Notes under the pieces: generated by a model
The model's database searches: none
What the model was told of the DNA's origin: nothing
What the model saw: the letters and a program-made list of their open reading frames with translations, nothing else
Translations under genes and position numbers: made by a program
DNA from: Desulfurococcaceae archaeon
GTDB lineage: Archaea; Thermoproteota; Thermoprotei_A; Sulfolobales; Desulfurococcaceae
Assembly (NCBI GenBank): GCA_038888155.1
Contig: JAWAJB010000031.1
Location: 1 to 11,891 of the forward strand
Reading direction: 5' to 3'
DNA length: 11,891 bases
Shown: positions 8,057 to 11,891 of the stretch, piece by piece
Layout of the letters: every line of letters starts with the position of its first letter
Position numbering within the stretch: the stretch's first letter is position 1

Positions 8057-8347
8057 TTAGAACTTTCTAAGCTTTAAAGATATTTGCTTCAGCAAGTCGC
8101 GTACGAGTCTGTCACAACTTTCCCTACCGACAAGTAGGACATTCCAATCTTTAAACATCCTCGAAAGTTTTACCTCAAACTTTGGATTTGAGTGACAAAT
8201 AACTTTTACAAAGCCTAACTCGCGTAGAGGACACTTCGGTGACGGACATACTATCTTGTAATATTCTTCCCCAATCCTTTCTATGATAAGCGAAGAGACA
8301 TCAACAGTTGCACCACAAATACAGGATAAGTTTCTTTCAGTCACCAT
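8057..8347 (-). CDS. Small hypothetical protein, possible Zn-binding (CxC...Cx4C)
   Basis: 96-aa ORF with CICG and CPSPKC; divergent from rfcS. Confidence 0.65.
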   Translation of the reverse strand: MVTERNLSCICGATVDVSSLIIERIGEEYYKIVCPSPKCPLRELGFVKVICHSNPKFEVKLSRMFKDWNVLLVGRESCDRLVRDLLKQISLKLRKF

Positions 8348-8459
8348 CTTAGTAACCTAAATAAAAAGTAATGTAATATAAAAGTATAGATTCAAAATAG
8401 TAAGACTTCCCAAAGTAACCTTTATTATACGTCGTTATACCAATCAAGCTGGTTGTGGG

Positions 8460-9434
8460 TTGTCTACGGTAAGTATGCTGCCTTGGATTGAAAAGTATAG
8501 ACCCACGACACTCGACGAGATAGTAAACCAGCATGAGGTAGTTTCCAGCCTAAAAAACATACTTAAGACAAAGGCAGTTCCACATATGCTGTTCACGGGA
8601 CCACCCGGCACAGGGAAGACTGCGACAGCTCATGCATTTGCAAGAGATCTGTATGGTGAGGGTTACATAAAAGATGGTCTATTTGTGGAAATCAACGCGT
8701 CCGATGAACGAGGCATAGCAACGATTCGTGAAAAGGTAAAGATGTACGCGAGGTCTATTCCATTCAGTGGTGTGGGCTTCAGGATACTTCTCTTGGATGA
8801 AAGTGACCAGCTTACGGATGACGCTCAACATGCTTTTAGACGTGTGATGGAGCAATTCTCTTCGACGTGCAGGTTCATACTCGTGGCCAATTATAGCAAC
8901 AGAATAATCGAACCGATACAATCAAGATGTGCAGTCTTTAGGTTCAAACCTCTTACGAAGACCGATGTGGCATCCCATTTGAAGAAGATAGCTAAGTCAG
9001 AAGGTTTGGAGATAGACGACGAGGCAATCGATGCCATATATGACTTCGCGCAGGGAGATATGAGAAAATGCATAAACATCCTACAAGCGGCCTCTACGCT
9101 CGGAAAGAAGGTAGATGAAAAAGCTGTTTACACAGTTATAGGGTATGTGAGTAGGGGCGATGTAAGGAGAATACTAGAATACGCAATGTCTGGCAAGTTC
9201 GTAGAAGCAAGGGACGCCCTCAGGGCTATTCTATACCTGCAAGGAATAGCTGGTAGAGACCTCATCTCAGCAATATACAGGGAGATTTTTGCACTCAATA
9301 TCTCAGAGGAATCAAAAGTTGAGCTACTCGACATCCTGGGCGAGGTTGACTACAGGATAGCGGAGGGCGCATCGGAAGAAGTACAGATTATGAGTTTCCT
9401 TGCTAAACTAGCTACAATGGCCAAAAAGAAATAA
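8460..9434 (+). CDS. rfcS: Replication factor C small subunit (clamp loader)
   Basis: PWIEKYRP, Walker A GPPGTGKT, EINASDERGI, Walker B LLDESD, PIQSRC and GDMRKCIN. The start may be ATG 8475 rather than TTG 8460. No intein. Confidence 0.97.
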   Translation: MSTVSMLPWIEKYRPTTLDEIVNQHEVVSSLKNILKTKAVPHMLFTGPPGTGKTATAHAFARDLYGEGYIKDGLFVEINASDERGIATIREKVKMYARSIPFSGVGFRILLLDESDQLTDDAQHAFRRVMEQFSSTCRFILVANYSNRIIEPIQSRCAVFRFKPLTKTDVASHLKKIAKSEGLEIDDEAIDAIYDFAQGDMRKCINILQAASTLGKKVDEKAVYTVIGYVSRGDVRRILEYAMSGKFVEARDALRAILYLQGIAGRDLISAIYREIFALNISEESKVELLDILGEVDYRIAEGASEEVQIMSFLAKLATMAKKK

Positions 9435-9523
9435 TGAGAAATCTATCCTTTCATTGAATAATGGTCTTTCTTTTAAACAAGTAAGCTACCTGAGGTCATT
9501 AACAATACTGGGAAGAAAAGCCT

Positions 9524-10537
9524 TTATGAATAGAGGTGACATGCAACTAGATGACCAGGCCTGACCTCAAAAAGTTCCGGTTCACAATGTTCGCAAACAT
9601 CCTCTTTATAAGCGCACCTCGGATGGAATCTGCACCCACTTGGAGGGTTGACTGGACTCGGCGGCTCTCCATGGAGGATTATCCTCTTACGCTTTATCTC
9701 AGGATTTGGTATAGGAATTGCAGAGAACAAGGCTTGTGTGTATGGGTGAAGAGGAGATTTGAAGATCTCTTCGGTCTCCGCGACCTCAACGATCTTCCCA
9801 AGATACATAACAACAACCCTTGTGCTAATAGTCTCAATTATTGATAGATCATGACTAATAAAAAGATAAGTCAACCCCATCCTTCTCTGGAGATCTTTAA
9901 ACAACTCTATTAATGATGCTCTTACTGATACATCTACGGACGACGTCGGCTCATCTAGGACGACGAATTTTGGATGTGTTATTAAAGCTCTTGCTATTGC
10001 TATCCTCTGTTTCTGACCTCCGCTGAACTCGTGTGGATACCTATATAGATGCTCTCTCGAGAGACCGACTTTCTCAAGCATTTTTAGAACACGTTCATCA
10101 GCTTCTTTTCCTTTACAAATTCCATGAACTATTAGAGGTTCGGCGACAATATCCTTCACCAGCATCCTTGGGTTAAGCGATGTTGATGGATTTTGGTAGA
10201 CTATTTGCATATATTTCCTTAATAATTTGAGCCTCCTTCCCTTGACATTCGTGATATCGTGATTTTTTGCATTCTCTTCAATCTGTGGATTATCTGAAAG
10301 AACCCCTTCAGGATCGAAAAATATTTTCCCTCCATCTGGGTCGAGAAGTCTTATGACGGTCTTTCCAAAGGTGGTCTTTCCGCACCCTGATTCGCCTACA
10401 AGACCCAAAGTCTCTCCTGACTTTATCGCTAGGGTTACGCCATCTACGGCTTTAACTTCGCCTACCTTCCTGCTAAATATTCCGCCTCTTATCGGAAAGT
10501 ATTTCTTCAGATCTACCGTGACCACCATATTTCCCAT
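9524..10537 (-). CDS. dppF: Oligopeptide/dipeptide ABC transporter ATP-binding subunit (DppF/OppF)
   Basis: GESGCGKTT, FSGGQKQR, LDEPTS and C-terminal PPSGCRFHPRC...VACH. The ORF opens at 10552, but GGTGA sits 5 nt before ATG 10537, favouring that start. Confidence 0.93.
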   Translation of the reverse strand: MGNMVVTVDLKKYFPIRGGIFSRKVGEVKAVDGVTLAIKSGETLGLVGESGCGKTTFGKTVIRLLDPDGGKIFFDPEGVLSDNPQIEENAKNHDITNVKGRRLKLLRKYMQIVYQNPSTSLNPRMLVKDIVAEPLIVHGICKGKEADERVLKMLEKVGLSREHLYRYPHEFSGGQKQRIAIARALITHPKFVVLDEPTSSVDVSVRASLIELFKDLQRRMGLTYLFISHDLSIIETISTRVVVMYLGKIVEVAETEEIFKSPLHPYTQALFSAIPIPNPEIKRKRIILHGEPPSPVNPPSGCRFHPRCAYKEDVCEHCEPELFEVRPGHLVACHLYS

Positions 10538-11717
10538 ATATCTCACCATCATAAAGCAAGCAAGCTACGTAATGATCTTCAGATACTTTGACAAGCTCGG
10601 GAACCTCAAGTTTACAAGCCTCCCTAACGTAGGGACACCTCGGATGGAATCTGCATCCACTCGGGGGGTTCACAAGGTTTGGAATAGTCCCTGGAATCGA
10701 TTTGAACGGGGAGCCCGGTCTAGGTATGGACTCTAGGAGAGCCCTTGTGTATGGGTGAAGGGGGTTATTGAAGAGCTCCTTAACAGGAGCAACTTCCACG
10801 ATGTTTCCAGCGTACATTACTGCAACTCTGTCACTTATCTCAGCTATGACTCCCATGTCATGGGTGATGTAAATTATGGACATATTGAGCTTGTTTTTTA
10901 ATCTCATGATCAAGTCAATTATTTGGGCTTGAACAGTCACGTCTAAGTTAGTGGTAGGTTCATCTGCGAGTAACAAAACAGGTGAGCAAGCCAAAGCTAT
11001 GGCTATCATTATTCTTTGTTGCATTCCTCCGCTTAGCTCGTGGGGATAGGCCTCGATAATTCTTTCAGGGTCAGGTATTTCCATGAGCTTGAGGAGTTCA
11101 ATAATCTCTTCTCGAACGACATGTTTAAGTCTGCGAGTCATCAAGTTTTTGATTATAGGAATCCTCCGTAGAATTGCTAGGATTGCGGATTTCGGATTTT
11201 CAAGCATCTTTCGGTAGGCCCAAAGTTCCAGCCTCGCTCCGAATCCACTGCGCCCCCTTCTCAGCTCCCCCTCGACAAACTTTATTACGTTCTCAAGAAT
11301 CTCGGGCAGTCTGTGGGAGAGTATTGCTTCAGCTATCTGATCTCCGACCCTGTAAAGTGGGTCTAGAGCAGCATTAGGTTCTTGGAAAATCATAGAGACC
11401 TCTTTACCTCTAATTCTCAGCAACTCAACCTCTTTGAGCTTGATGATATTTACAACATCTCCTTGAGCCCTTCTGAAATATACGGCTCCACCCTCAACCC
11501 TACCTGGAGAAGGAGTTAAGGCTATTATCGTGAAGGCGGTTACGGATTTTCCACTCCCAGTCTCACCCACGATTCCTAGAGTCTCGCCCTTTCTCAGCTT
11601 TAGGTTCGCCCTCTCAACGGCCTTCACTATGCCCTCATACGTATAGAATCGGACGACTAAGTCCTTGACACTCAACAATTCTTCATTATCTAAGGTTTCT
11701 AGAGTCAGCCTCTTCAC
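10473..11717 (-). CDS. dppD: Oligopeptide/dipeptide ABC transporter ATP-binding subunit (DppD/OppD)
   Basis: GETGSGKS, LSGGMQQR, ADEPTT, ITHD and PPSGCRFHPRC. The GTG start overlaps the dppC stop (GTGA). Confidence 0.93.
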   Translation of the reverse strand: MKRLTLETLDNEELLSVKDLVVRFYTYEGIVKAVERANLKLRKGETLGIVGETGSGKSVTAFTIIALTPSPGRVEGGAVYFRRAQGDVVNIIKLKEVELLRIRGKEVSMIFQEPNAALDPLYRVGDQIAEAILSHRLPEILENVIKFVEGELRRGRSGFGARLELWAYRKMLENPKSAILAILRRIPIIKNLMTRRLKHVVREEIIELLKLMEIPDPERIIEAYPHELSGGMQQRIMIAIALACSPVLLLADEPTTNLDVTVQAQIIDLIMRLKNKLNMSIIYITHDMGVIAEISDRVAVMYAGNIVEVAPVKELFNNPLHPYTRALLESIPRPGSPFKSIPGTIPNLVNPPSGCRFHPRCPYVREACKLEVPELVKVSEDHYVACLLYDGEIYGKYGGHGRSEEILSDKRRNI

Positions 11718-11891
11718 TTCCTCCGGATCATTGGATCTAATACGTCTCTAAATGCGTCTCCGAGAAGATTCCAGCCCATAACAAACAGGAAGAGGAAAAG
11801 CCCAGGAATCACATACACGTGCCAATATGCAAATGGATTCCCGGATGTCCCAGTAATCCAGTTTCTTGAGAGAGAGATAAGCTGACCCCAG
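11714..11891 (-). CDS. dppC: Oligopeptide/dipeptide ABC transporter permease (DppC/OppC), C-terminal part only
   Basis: Not in the ORF track. Manual translation of the minus strand from 11890: WGQLISLSRNWITGTSGNPFAYWHVYVIPGLFLFLFVMGWNLLGDAFRDVLDPMIRRK*, with the typical WG...PG...NLLGDxxRDxLDP end. Confidence 0.92.
   Translation of the reverse strand, partial: WGQLISLSRNWITGTSGNPFAYWHVYVIPGLFLFLFVMGWNLLGDAFRDVLDPMIRRK

Noticed and set aside
9620-10660. Repeated sequence CACCTCGGATGGAATCTGCA.CCACT in dppF and dppD
   Set aside because: Paralogous coding of the shared SGCRFHPRC motif, not a repeat element.

Overview
Archaeal chromosomal window. The lineage is TACK-type and probably thermophilic, since the 16S gene is much more GC-rich than the flanking genes; an Aigarchaeota/Caldarchaeales-like origin is plausible but unproven. 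Gene order: 3' part of a Cys/Met PLP enzyme; an archaeo-eukaryotic primase (AEP)-like protein with an extra C-terminal domain; a multi-Fe-S radical SAM protein; TatD; tRNA-Arg(CCT); a divergent pair of mutually homologous small membrane proteins; tRNA-His(GTG); a stand-alone 16S rRNA gene; two hypothetical proteins; RFC small subunit; and the end of a dpp/opp ABC operon (dppC-dppD-dppF, minus strand). The 16S unit has a perfect bulge-helix-bulge (BHB) processing stem, a 33-nt BHB intron at E. coli position 977/978, and no downstream 23S. The most striking signal is an H/ACA-like guide hairpin (5584-5670) in the apparent 5' leader of the 16S precursor, whose pocket is complementary, in the canonical register, to helix 34 of the same 16S (target U6805). 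This suggests a cis-encoded pseudouridylation guide. All structures were folded by eye; no database searches were run.
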